From Chiloscyllium plagiosum (lineage: Eukaryota), in the NCBI RefSeq assembly GCF_004010195.1, contig NC_057720.1:1726439-1767610 (forward strand): a stretch of DNA of 41,172 nt, in the 5' to 3' direction. Position numbers and translations under genes: made by a program. Positions within the stretch are counted from its first letter, which is position 1; each line of letters begins with the position of its first letter. Under the pieces are notes generated by a model. The model was not told where the DNA came from. It made no database searches and saw only the letters and a list, made by a program, of their open reading frames with translations. Shown here piece after piece: positions 23,413 to 34,418 of the stretch.

Positions 23413-25518
23413 AAAGAAAGAACAAAGAAAATTTACAGCCCAGGAACAGGCCCTTTGGCCCTCCAAGCCTGAGCCGATCCAAATTTACTGTCTAAACCTG
23501 TCACCCAATTCCAAGCATCTGTATCCCTCTGCTCCCCATCTACTCATGCATCTGTCCAGATGTATCTTAAATTAATCTACCGTGCCTGCCTCTACCACCT
23601 CTGCTGGAAACACGTTCCAAAAGCCCACCACTCTCTGTGTGAAGTACTTGCCGTGTGTATCCCACTTAAACTTTCCCCCTCTCACCTTGAAAGCGTGACC
23701 TGTCATTATTGAATCCTTCACCCTGGGAAAAAGCTTGTCTCTATCCACCCTGTGTATACCCTTCATGATTTTGTAAACCTCAATCAGGTCCCCCCTCAAT
23801 CTCCTTTTCTCTAATGAAAACAATCCTAACCTATTCAACCTCTCTTCATAGCTAGCACCTTCCATACCAGGCAACATCCTCGTAAACCTTCTCTGCGTCC
23901 TCTCCAAATTGTCCACATCCTTTTGGTAATGTGGCGACCAGAACTGTACACAGTATTCCAAATGCGGCCGAACCAATGTCGTGTACAATTTTAACATGAC
24001 TTGCCAGCTCTTATACTCAATACCTTGTCCAATGAAGGCAAGCATNNNNNNNNNNNNNNNNNNNNNNNNNNNNNNNNNNNNNNNNNNNNNNNNNNNNNNN
24101 NNNNNNNNNNNNNNNNNNNNNNNNNNNNNNNNNNNNNNNNNNNNNNNNNNNNNNNNNNNNNNNNNNNNNNNNNNNNNNNNNNNNNNNNNNNNNNNNNNNN
24201 NNNNNNNNNNNNNNNNNNNNNNNNNNNNNNNNNNNNNNNNNNNNNNNNNNNNNNNNNNNNNNNNNNNNNNNNNNNNNNNNNNNNNNNNNNNNNNNNNNNN
24301 NNNNNNNNNNNNNNNNNNNNNNNNNNNNNNNNNNNNNNNNNNNNNNNNNNNNNNNNNNNNNNNNNNNNNNNNNNNNNNNNNNNNNNNNNNNNNNNNNNNN
24401 NNNNNNNNNNNNNNNNNNNNNNNNNNNNNNNNNNNNNNNNNNNNNNNNNNNNNNNNNNNNNNNNNNNNNNCATGTATATGACATCAACAGCCCTTCCTTC
24501 ATCATCAACTTGGTCACTTCCTCAAAGAACTCTATTAAGTTGGTAAGGCACGATCTCCCCCGCACAAAACCATGTTGCCTATCACTGATAAGCCCATTCT
24601 TTTCCAAATATAAATAGATTTTATCCCTCAGTACCTTCTCCAGCAGCTTTCCCACCACTGACATCAGGCTCACTGGTCTGTAGTTACTCAGAATATCCCT
24701 ACTACCCTTCTTGTACAGGGGGACAACATGAGCAACTTTCCAGTCCTCCGGCACATCACCTGTGTTTAAGGACACTACAAAGGCATCTGTCAGGGCCCCA
24801 GCTATTTCCTCTCTCGCCTCCCTCAGTAACCTGGGATAGATTCCATCCAGTCTTGGGGATTTGTCCACCTTAATAGCCTCTAGCCTACCCAACACATCTT
24901 CCCTACTTATGCCAACGTGATTCAGAGTAATCAAAATTCTATCTCTAATCTCAACATTCATCATGTCCCTCTCCTCAGTAAACACTGATGCAAAGTAATC
25001 ATTCAGAATCTCACCCATTCTCTCAGGTTCCTCACACAGCCTTCCTTCATTATCCTTGAGTGGACCAATCATTTTTCTAGTTACCCGCTTGCTTCTTATA
25101 TAAGAATAAAAGGCTTTGGGATTGTCCTTAATTATGCTCACTAAAGCTATTTCATGGCCATTTTTAGCCCGCTTGGTTCCTCGGTTAAGACTTGTCCTAC
25201 TCTCCCGATATTCCTCTAGGGCCCGTTCTGTTCTTAGCTGCCTAGACCTTATGTACGCTTTCCTTTTCCTCTTGGCTAGTTGCATGATTTCTCCTGCCAT
25301 CCACGGTTCACAAATCATGCCTTTCCTATCCTTTGCCTTCAATAGGACATGACTATCCTGCACTGCTGTTCACCTATCTTTGAAAGCCTCCCACATATCA
25401 AATGTGGGCTTCCCTTCAAATAGCTGTATCCAATCCACATTTCCCAGCTCCTGCCTAATTTTGATATAATTGGCCTTGGCCCAGTTTAGTACTCTTCCCT
25501 TAGGACCACTCTCATCTT
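23413..25518 (-). mobile_element. Relatively young 5'-truncated CR1 LINE spanning an assembly gap
   Basis: About 290 open codons (PKAFYSYIRSK...NYRPVSLMSVVGKLLE...QHGFVRGRSCLTNLIEFFEEVTK) and an open C-terminal ORF 23572-24045; one frameshift near 24505. Confidence 0.92.
24046..24470. other. Assembly gap (425 N)
   Basis: N run inside the CR1 RT. Confidence 1.
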
Positions 25519-25644
25519 CCACTCAGTCATGATCTGATACTGTCTATACAATAGTGGAAGGAGTGGGCATTTAATCTATTAATGAATTCCAAAGTTTAAC
25601 AAATTGAAGAAGAGTAAGAATCAATTGATGTTGGGTCCAACTGC

Positions 25645-25922
25645 AATTTGCAGGGTGTAGGTGTTTGGATGTTCTCTATGTGTCTGTGTGGATTTCCTCT
25701 GGGTGCTCCAGTTTCCTCCCACAGTTCAAAGACCTGCAGGTTAGGTGCACTAGCCATGGGAAATTGTCCATAGTGTCCAGGGATATGCAGGCTAGGTGGA
25801 GTGACCATGGGAAATGTGGTGTTATCGGGTTAGCGTGGGGGTGGTAGGTCTGGGTGAAATGTTCCTTGGAGGATTGGTGTGGACTCGATGGACCGAATGG
25901 TCTGCTTCCCGTAGGGGTTCTA
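25645..25922 (+). mobile_element. HE1-type SINE lacking its tRNA head
   Basis: gtgtggatttcctctgggtgctccagtttcctcccacag...ggtgtggactcgatggaccgaatggtctgcttcc; reverse complement of the other HE1 copies. Confidence 0.8.
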
Positions 25923-26149
25923 GGAAGCTTTGGGAATGTATGTTTCTGTCTGTAATCCTCCTGCACTGGCTTTGATCATCAGAAGGATGGTGAGGGAGAA
26001 ACAATCCAGAATTTGATTCCTTTCTTGTTTTTCTCTATCTGAAAAGGGTCTGTGGTGGGGGGAGCTGGGAGCAGGGGGTGATCGGGGGAAGAGAATGGCA
26101 GGGTGACCCTGATAAGGTCAGCACATCAGAGCTGTTTCTGCACATATTC

Positions 26150-26202
26150 CAAAACCCAACACATAACAAACAGACAAGGAGTTATTATCAAAAAAGTTTA
26201 TT
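26150..26202 (-). terminator. Poly(A) signal and GU-rich downstream element for the distal SLC44A5 exon
   Basis: tttatt at 26197-26202 is AATAAA on minus, followed on minus by cttgtctgtttgttatgtgttgggtttt. Implies a 3'UTR of about 2.9 kb. Confidence 0.65.
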
Positions 26203-27839
26203 AAATGTAAATATTTCAATGCATCATAATCACTGCTGTTGAATAAAACTCAGCACGGTAAGGAAATTTTATTATTACAGAGCTCTGAGGGACAATACAT
26301 TGCATCAAATACCAAACATTCAAAGTTAATCACGCAAAATATTTATGGCAAAAATCAGTCAGGTTTCTGCACAGCAGAAGCATCAATTAGATTTTAAAGC
26401 TTCAAATTTCCATGCAAATGATTGGTTCGGTATGTAATAACTGTACAAATAAACCGACCTGTTAATGATCTATGTATATATAAAACATTGGTAAGATTTG
26501 CAAGTTAGGAGAACTGAGGCATTAAGACCTGAATTTAATCCCTAGTAATGAAGACTGGCTCTATCAGTACATTAGTGCTTTGTGTAAAGATGGCTGTGGA
26601 ATGAACAGTGAGACAGATCCCTTTCCAGACATAGTCCTGACCTGTTGAATGTATGGAATAGGTATTAATCAGGTGGCTCTTTGCTCTCTCCCTTCTCCAC
26701 CGACTCGGGTGCACCCAAAGCAAACGCCTCCTTGATTCATGTGAACAGGTAATCGCCAGTGATCACAGTGCATTAAACTCTCTGAACCAATGGTGCCCAG
26801 CACTTGTGAGAAGGGACAACAAGAATGGACCAACATCAGAAACCCCACCTCTTCCCCCATGCACACTGAATACACCCATTCACCCAACCCACCACACACA
26901 CCACCTCCACCCTCCCCTGACTCACAACCTTTCTGCCCTGTCTCCCTAATCATTGAGTTTCACTCCCTCTTTCTTCCATTTAATAGGGGAGTGAGGGGTG
27001 GTGTTGGCAGAGGGGCCTGTTCCAATAACACACGGTCATGCACTCATCCCCAGCTCTCACTCTCCCAGAGACACAACCCTAAGAGACTGTCTACCACGTG
27101 GACACCAACCGTTAATGGACCATCTCACCAGAAACCACAAAGGGCTGCAGGCCATTTTCCTGGGAATCTCATGGCTAGGGCCTTTAAGGAACAGAGTCGG
27201 GATCCACTGATATATTTTTGAAGAAAATAAAATTGCAAGAAAGAATATTTTCTTGTTTGAACTTCTGCCCTCTGGAAGATAACTGAGGCCAGTTATCATC
27301 TCAAAACTGAGCTGGATAGTTGTGTTTCGGGTAAAGGGAATGAAGGATTACGTCATCAGGCTGGGCCAATGGAGTTGCAATGTAGATCTACCCTGAGCTG
27401 GACCGAGTGGTGAAACAGGCTCCAGGACCTGGCCAATCTGATGTTTCACTCCACAGAAAGTTGGCTCCATTGTGCCAGTTTGGTTTGCTGTGACGTTTCT
27501 GTACAGATTGAGCAAGGTTAACTTTGAGAAGCAAGTGAGGACTGCAGATGCTGAGATGCATCAATCCAAAGTCTCCTGTTTCGCCTGAACTCGCTGTAAA
27601 TCTCCAGTTTGTAAGATGCCCATGTAATATTTCTTGGGAAAATGTAAAATAATGGAAGGAATAAATAAATGGACCTATAGATAACATTCTTTGAGTTTAA
27701 CAGATTACAGATTGACGTTTTGCAGATTACAGGGGATTAAAGTTTTCACTATTAGAGTGGGAATGGACTGGATATTGTGATCATTCCCCAGGGAGTAGGG
27801 GACTCCTAGGATGTGGTTCTGTCTGGTGGCTACATCACC

Positions 27840-27842
<3 letters not shown>

Positions 27843-27891
<49 letters not shown>
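27843..27891. repeat. (GA)24 microsatellite
   Basis: Perfect dinucleotide run; (UC)n in the predicted SLC44A5 distal 3'UTR. Confidence 0.98.
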
Positions 27892-27894
<3 letters not shown>

Positions 27895-29079
27895 TGGATT
27901 GGTTCCTGACTGGAGCAGGAGTCATTTCATTTGGTCTTTATATGTAACCCCTGATCCCTGGGCTCTCTCCTCAGAAAGCTGAAGAAGAGATTTCCTCGTA
28001 TTTTTATTCCTGGTCCCAGCACCTTCTCTGGTATTTCTGCCTCTGAAGTTTGATGATGAAGGAAGGGTCCTGTCAATGATGCTGTGACTGTACAGATGGT
28101 AATGCAATACCATCCTAAGGGTATTAGTCCATAATCTCAGAAAGATAGTGAGATAACACCTGCTGTTTTACAAGTCTGAGGAATGAGAAGTTCCCAGAAC
28201 ATTGGTAGATAGGAAGGACGGAGAAACATCATTACAGTGAGACCATATCATTATCATAGGATAAATGGGAAGAATTTAAAAGGGAAGGTTTGTCAGCAAT
28301 TCAGGAAGTGCTGGTGGTATATGTCTTTGCTACTGAGAGGTGAGGTCAGATACCTACTTCATACTGAGTGTATATTTTGAAATTGAGTGGATCTTCCACA
28401 AGTGAGCAGTTTCCTTTCAACATTGTCACCAATTCCACAAACTTCAAAATCAAGGCTCCTCCACCAATGGGTACTTTCCCCCTTCGGCTGGCTGTGATGT
28501 GGGGATAAAGCTATTGAGAAGTTTAATCTCCCCTCTGCAATATATTCTGTTGGTGTTTTTATGTTCAAATCCTATCCGCAAGACTTTAAGGCAAATATTA
28601 GTTAACATACACACACTAACAAGGTCATGAGTAAAAATCATACAGGAAGCATTGAATTTTTAAGTGAATTAACTGACACCACGACGGTGTGTAGATATGA
28701 TGAAACACTGATGCCACGTATGGAGGTTATGTCAGGGATAGGGGCGTAAGCTCGAGACTGGAGCCAGTCCCCTCAGGGAGTACTACCTTCTGTACTCAAA
28801 CTGATCAACCCTTCTGATTCACACCCAGGATCACTGACTACAACCAGACTCCTCAGAAGAAGAGATTGAAGGTGCTTAGAGGTTTTTGTTTTAACCTTCC
28901 TTTAAACCTTTCCAAACACAGGAACTTGGTTCTAAGTTACTTGGATATATCAAAGGTTGGACAATGCGCCAGTGAAGTTGCTTGAGGGGCTTACTATGTT
29001 AAAGGTTCTATATAAATGCTTGTTGTTGTTGGTGTAGCCTTATTTCTGACGGATGGGAAGTTGAGTCCCTGTGGCGAGT

Positions 29080-29198
29080 TCAATGTTTGCGCCGCTCATC
29101 CTCAGGCCTCACGTTCCTCACGTTCAGAATCTTCATCAATGTTTTACTCATGAAATACGGCCTGGCAGCTGATCCATCATTCCTCTCTAAATCTTCCA
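29080..29198 (-). CDS. SLC44A5: SLC44A5 alternative terminal exon B (distal)
   Basis: Minus strand tcctctccgtag|TG GAA GAT; T|TG=Leu gives (L)[41 protein letters not shown] at 29082-29080. Not in the ORF track (too short). Confidence 0.9.
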
Positions 29199-29599
29199 CT
29201 ACGGAGAGGAATTACAGGCAGTGATTACAGGCATCTCAGTACCATGTACGCATCAATCCAGACGGTGCCAAGGCTGGTACTATATGATCTCATCACGATC
29301 CATTGCAATCTCCATGGAAACTCATCTCCCTGTCATGCGATGGGCCAGTTTAACACAGGTTGGAAATACCATGGAGGGGTGGTGGGGGGCAGCAGAGTCC
29401 AGAACAAGGGGCAGAACCTTCACCTGGGAGCCAGGCCATTTGGAGGGGGGGAGGGGTGTGTATGTCAGGAAACACCTCCCCACACGGGGACGGCTATGGA
29501 GATATGACAACATTCCTCCCCCACCCTCTAACAATCTGTTGAGGCTGGGAATCCATAGGCTCTTTCCAGCGGAGATTGAGAGTGTTGCTAGTGTGGGGA

Positions 29600-29710
29600 C
29601 TCTTGTGGCACAGTGGTATTGTCCCTTCCTCTGAACCAAGAGGCCCAGGCTCATGTCCCACCTGCTCCAGAGGAGAATGTATAATGACATCTCTGACCAG
29701 GTGTGTTGGG
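29600..29710 (+). mobile_element. Possible tRNA-derived SINE head
   Basis: tggcacagtgg (A-box-like) and ggctcatgtcc (B-box-like) at tRNA spacing. Confidence 0.4.
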
Positions 29711-31044
29711 AAGTGTGGAGGGATGGGCTACTGCAAAGCAAGGCAACGCTGTACAGATGTAATTCAACCAAGAGCCAGCTGAATGGCCTCTTGCTGTTCT
29801 GAGATTCTTATCTTTGGCTAACTTCGATCCCGTGACATAAAGTTGGGAATGTATTCCTTTCTAGGTTCCTGTTCTACTGACCACCTCTGCCTTGCTTCAT
29901 TTGTGCAGTCAGGACAGTGTTGTTTTGCCCTGTGTCAGATACAGTGGAAATTTCAAGAGTCGTCCCATTAGTCCTGCACCCACAACTAGGTAAACATTTT
30001 TCCTTTCCCTGTATCCCCCCGGGTCCCCATGTGAAAGTTCTGATGGAATCTGCTCCCACCGCCCTTTCAGGCAGCACCTTCCAGATCTCAACAACTCACT
30101 GTAAAACAATCCTCTTCACCTCCCCCTCTGGGGCTTTTCTCCGATTCCCTTCAATCTGTCTCCTTCTGTTCCCTCACCCTCCTGCCCCTGGAAACACAAT
30201 TTCCTGATTTAATTGATCAAAGCCTCAGTCAAACCTTAGCCTCCTTGGCTCAAAAGTGAGCTTCCCAGGTTCGTTCATTTGAAAAATCAAGTATAACTCA
30301 TTGTCTCGATAGGAATCATTCTCAGCAATGAACAACTGGACAGTGCAACATAGAGTTTAGATATAAATATAAGCAGCACCATAATCACTGCATTCATACC
30401 TCATGTACAAATGCTTTCAGGATTAGCAAATTAACATTTTTTTATGCTTTTTCTTTTCTAATATATTTATTAAAATTGTATCCATCCTAAATAGTAAAAA
30501 AAATTACACAAGAGTGTAGCCCTGCACTTTATGTATAAAGGCAAATATATTACAGGTTCATTATTACTGCCTGACCTCCTCCTCATCACACCCAGTGGAT
30601 AAACTCACTTTCAGTGGTGGGTCTTACTGACTTTTCATCCCCTGCCCCTCAGCTGCAGTATCAACCACATGCCACTTTGCCAACTCCCTCCCAGCTCCTC
30701 CCTGTGCTACCTCTCTCCTTCATGGTCCAGATCGGGGGGGTGAATACAGACTGACATTACCCGTGGCTCCAAAGGACACAAATACAATACTCCTCTTGTC
30801 TCTTTACTTTCCCTCACTCAGACACTATGGACCCTCTAAAGGTTAACTGTCTCCCCCTCCTCCCATTAGGAAAGTGCGACGGGGAGAGGAGTTTCAAACT
30901 GACACTGCAGCATCTGCTCCACATCCAATCAACCACCGTCTAAGGGAAAGGCAGGACAGACTCGAGGGCCTGAATGGCCTCCTCCTGTGTTCCCCTGATG
31001 GTCACATTGACATTTAATGGGGTAGATGTTTGAAGGGAGATGGT

Positions 31045-31435
31045 TGGCAGTGAGAATGGGCAGTTAATCCAGAGACCTGGATGAAGGGCAAGGGTTCAAA
31101 TCCACCTCGGCTACCGGTGGAGCTTAACTTCAGCTGATTAAATCTCAAGGTAAATGATTAAATCTCAAGGTAAATGCTCCTCTTTATGACCATGAAATTA
31201 TCATGGATTGTTGTCAAAACCCATCTGGGTTCACCTCCTGTCCTTTAGGGAAGGAGATCTGCCAACCTTACCTGGTCTGGCTGACACATGACTCCAGACC
31301 CACAGCGATGTGACTGACTCTGAACTGCCCTGTGAAACAGTGCCGAGTGAACCACTCAGTGTGAGGCCAGTGAGGGATGGGGAACAGATCCCTGGCATTG
31401 TAAGAGATGCCCACATCTCCTGTCAGAGAAATAAA
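31045..31435 (+). mobile_element. tRNA-derived SINE
   Basis: B-box gggttcaaatcc; core aaaacccatctgggttcac...tttagggaaggagatctgcc...gactccagacccacagc; internal 20-bp tandem duplication at 31135-31174. Confidence 0.7.
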
Positions 31436-33511
31436 GCCCACCCTCTCCCTCAGGGATGGGACAGGCCTGATGTACCCGGTCAATAAAAAGCTAAGGGTTT
31501 GTGTTAACATTCAGCAGAAATGTGCAGGATCATGTCAGGGTTGTAGAGAGAACACGGAGTGGGCAGTCACTGAGCTTTGCCGGTGTGTAACCTCCACAGC
31601 TCGGACCAAGAGCAGGAAAGTAGCACTAGCATGATGGATCAAATGGCCTGCACATTGTCAGAATGAGATTCCCTGGTTCCAACTCTTCCTTTTCTGGGTC
31701 GGATTGCCTGAGTTTCGATGTTGGGGACATCAATCTCACCAATCACAGGGTCTTTACAACATAAACCATATTTACCCCAGCCCCTGGGCCAACCCAGGCC
31801 AGGGATTTCAATGGGAAACCTTTAGTGAGATAGTCAGGACTTTCCAATCCTGGGGACTGACAGCAAACCGATGTGAACCATCCAGAAAGATGCAGTGAAC
31901 CGGAATTCACACCACAAATTGCTGCTTACCTCGGCACAGTTAGGAAGACCCTGTGTTGGGGTCACTCACTGGGATCACCCTGGTAATTCATGGCCCACGT
32001 TCAGGCGAGTTAGCCACAACACAGGGGTCAGCGTCTGAGGGGTGTAACCAGGTTGTAGCTGGGCCATGTTCATAAGGAAACTCCCACATTCTCCTCTATG
32101 TGACCAGCAAGTTGAGGATTTAACTCAAGGTCGACCTCTTTTGAGAGTCATATGACCCCCTGGGCTGTAAGCAGCCCCGAGGTCTGGAACCATTGACTGT
32201 TCTGTAACAGGGTTATACGGCTTTATGGTCCTCACGAGGCAGTTTAACCCAGATTCAGTGAGGCAAGGCCTCACCCTGTGGACTGCCTGTGGAAGGCTCA
32301 AGACCCAGTGAAACAGCCTCCCTTCCCCTCCTCTACCTTCTCCACAGGGCCTGGAATAAACTCTTATTGCATATTAGTGTCTTTTGACTTCATGTACAGT
32401 TAGAATTTCCTGTTGTGTGACAGGAACATGGAAGGATCACTGGTTAAAGTCCAGGATTATGTGGGTCACAGCCCTGGATTATTTATAAGGCCAGATATAC
32501 AATCACTCGCTTGATAGGACAGGGAATCTCACTGGAAACTGAGACATGTTGCTGCAGTTCAATGTCTTGTGTTCATCACAACAAATACAAGAATTTCAAA
32601 TGAACAGCAGAGAAAGGGGTCCGATTGGTTGTCAAGCTGATCCTGATTGGCCAAGGTGTTGCCATAGATACTTGAACACATTCCGCATCATTTTCCGCTG
32701 GTGTGAAATGTGGCACCACGATGGGACAGCACTTACTGATCAATGTGAAGTGTGCTCACAGTTGCACCAATAACCACATTAGGGTTTAATCCTGCAACAT
32801 GGCTCTTTGATGCTTGTGAAACTGACACACATTCATCCACACGGACCCCTCCCCCACAAAGGAAAAGAACATGTTCAGGATTTGCACTTCTGTTAAACTA
32901 TCTGGAGGCTGGGGAAGGCTGGATATTCCCCATTTGCTCTCCACAGAAACACCTCAGCCAATGAGAATCAGTGCATCAACTGCTCAGTGATCTTTTCTGC
33001 AATATGACTTGCAATGCTTTGACCTTTGCCATTCTGGTATTTGTTCTGGAGAATGCAAGACAAAATGTTTCGACAACATGCTCCAGTTTTCAGTAATATT
33101 CAAGGCCAAATATATTCCCCACCAAAAAGTTACAACACTCCCATGTGGTAATTGACCGCGATTTGCACTGAAGTCTGTCAGAAAGCCAGTGGCTGCTGGT
33201 CAGCTCTCTGCCTGCCTTTCAGTAAAACATTCCAGGACACAGAATGCACGACACATACGTGTCATTGAGTGTGGTGGCAAAATGCTGTTATTGTCTTAAA
33301 ATAAAAGTTATTTCTTTTTAAAAACTAGAACTCTACTCGGGGAGTTAAATAGTTACCAGCTCCCGAAACCCGTCTGCTGCGAACTGAAGAAAGGTTTTAC
33401 ATGAGTTGGCTCTTTCTGACAGAGGCTGGGCGCCTGATTACATCATCTATATATTAATCAAAAGACAGCGAGGCAGGGGGTTGAGTACAGCACAAAGCTG
33501 GCACTAGCAAA

Positions 33512-33624
33512 CTATCCATTTGCCTTGCGCGGGCTCCACTCGTGACGTCCCAGGATCCTGTGCAGTTCAGGCGACATGAAGTAAGGTTTCTCAGCTGATC
33601 CATCATTACGCTCCAAATCTTCAC
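33512..33624 (-). CDS. SLC44A5: SLC44A5 alternative terminal exon A (proximal)
   Basis: Minus strand ctcacacag|GT GAA GAT; T|GT=Cys gives (C)[39 protein letters not shown] at 33514-33512. [13 protein letters not shown] is the SLC44 C-terminal motif. Confidence 0.88.
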
Positions 33625-33654
33625 CTGTGTGAGTTAGTGACACGCCAAAGCAGT

Positions 33655-34418
33655 GGGGGGGGAGAGAGAGGGAGGGAGCATAAAATAGAGTGAGAGGGAG
33701 AGAAATAAAGAGAGAGAGTGAGAGAGAGGCAGAAAGAGAGAGAGAAAGAGAGAAAGAGGCAGAAGGAGATAGACAGAGGGAGGGAGAGACAAAGAGAGAT
33801 AGAAAGGCAGAGGGAGAGATAGAGAGNNNNNNNNNNNNNNNNNNNNNNNNNNNNNNNNNNNNNNNNNNNNNNNNNNNNNNNNNNNNNNNNNNNNNNNNNN
33901 NNNNNNNNNNNNNNNNNNNNNNNNNNNNNNNNNNNNNNNNNNNNNNNNNNNNNNNNNNNNNNNNNNNNNNNNNNNNNNNNNNNNNNNNNNNNNNNNNNNN
34001 NNNNNNNNNNNNNNNNNNNNNNNNNNNNNNNNNNNNNNNNNNNNNNNNNNNNNNNNNNNNNNNNNNNNNNNNNNNNNNNNNNNNNNNNNNNNNNNNNNNN
34101 NNNNNNNNNNNNNNNNNNNNNNNNNNNNNNNNNNNNNNNNNNNNNNNNNNNNNNNNNNNNNNNNNNNNNNNNNNNNNNNNNNNNNNNNNNNNNNNNNNNN
34201 NNNNNNNNNNNNNNNNNNNNNNNNNNNNNNNNNNNNNNNNNNNNNNNNGGAGGATCGGAATGGGAGGAGGGGAAGGAGGATCGGAATGGGAAGAGGGGAT
34301 GGAGGATCGGGAAAGGAGGAGAGGAAGGAGGATCGGAATGGGAGGAGGGGAAGGAGGATCGGAATGGGAAGAGGGGATGGAGGATCGGGAAAGGAGGAGG
34401 GAAGGAGGATCGGAATGG
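33655..34418. repeat. Purine-rich tract: GA-rich low complexity (33655-33826), gap, then a 26-bp-subunit / 78-bp higher-order repeat (34249-34418)
   Basis: ggaggatcgg recurs about every 26 nt; the block at 34249 repeats at 34327. Confidence 0.9.
33827..34248. other. Assembly gap (422 N)
   Basis: N run between two purine-rich repeats. Confidence 1.

Noticed and set aside
22865..23414. Repetitive Cys/His-rich ORFs, or a CRISPR-like array
   Set aside because: Head-to-tail 33-bp units with no unique spacers, open in several frames on both strands: a minisatellite. The same applies to 36332-36922.
24017..25363. 448-aa ORF as a host gene or active LINE
   Set aside because: CR1 ORF2 fragment, 5'-truncated, frameshifted near 24505, with length inflated by the N gap.
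26790..27221. 143-aa Pro-rich ORF, and ORFs at 29221-29771
   Set aside because: No recognisable domain or splice context; they fall in the predicted SLC44A5 UTR or intron and fit chance ORFs.
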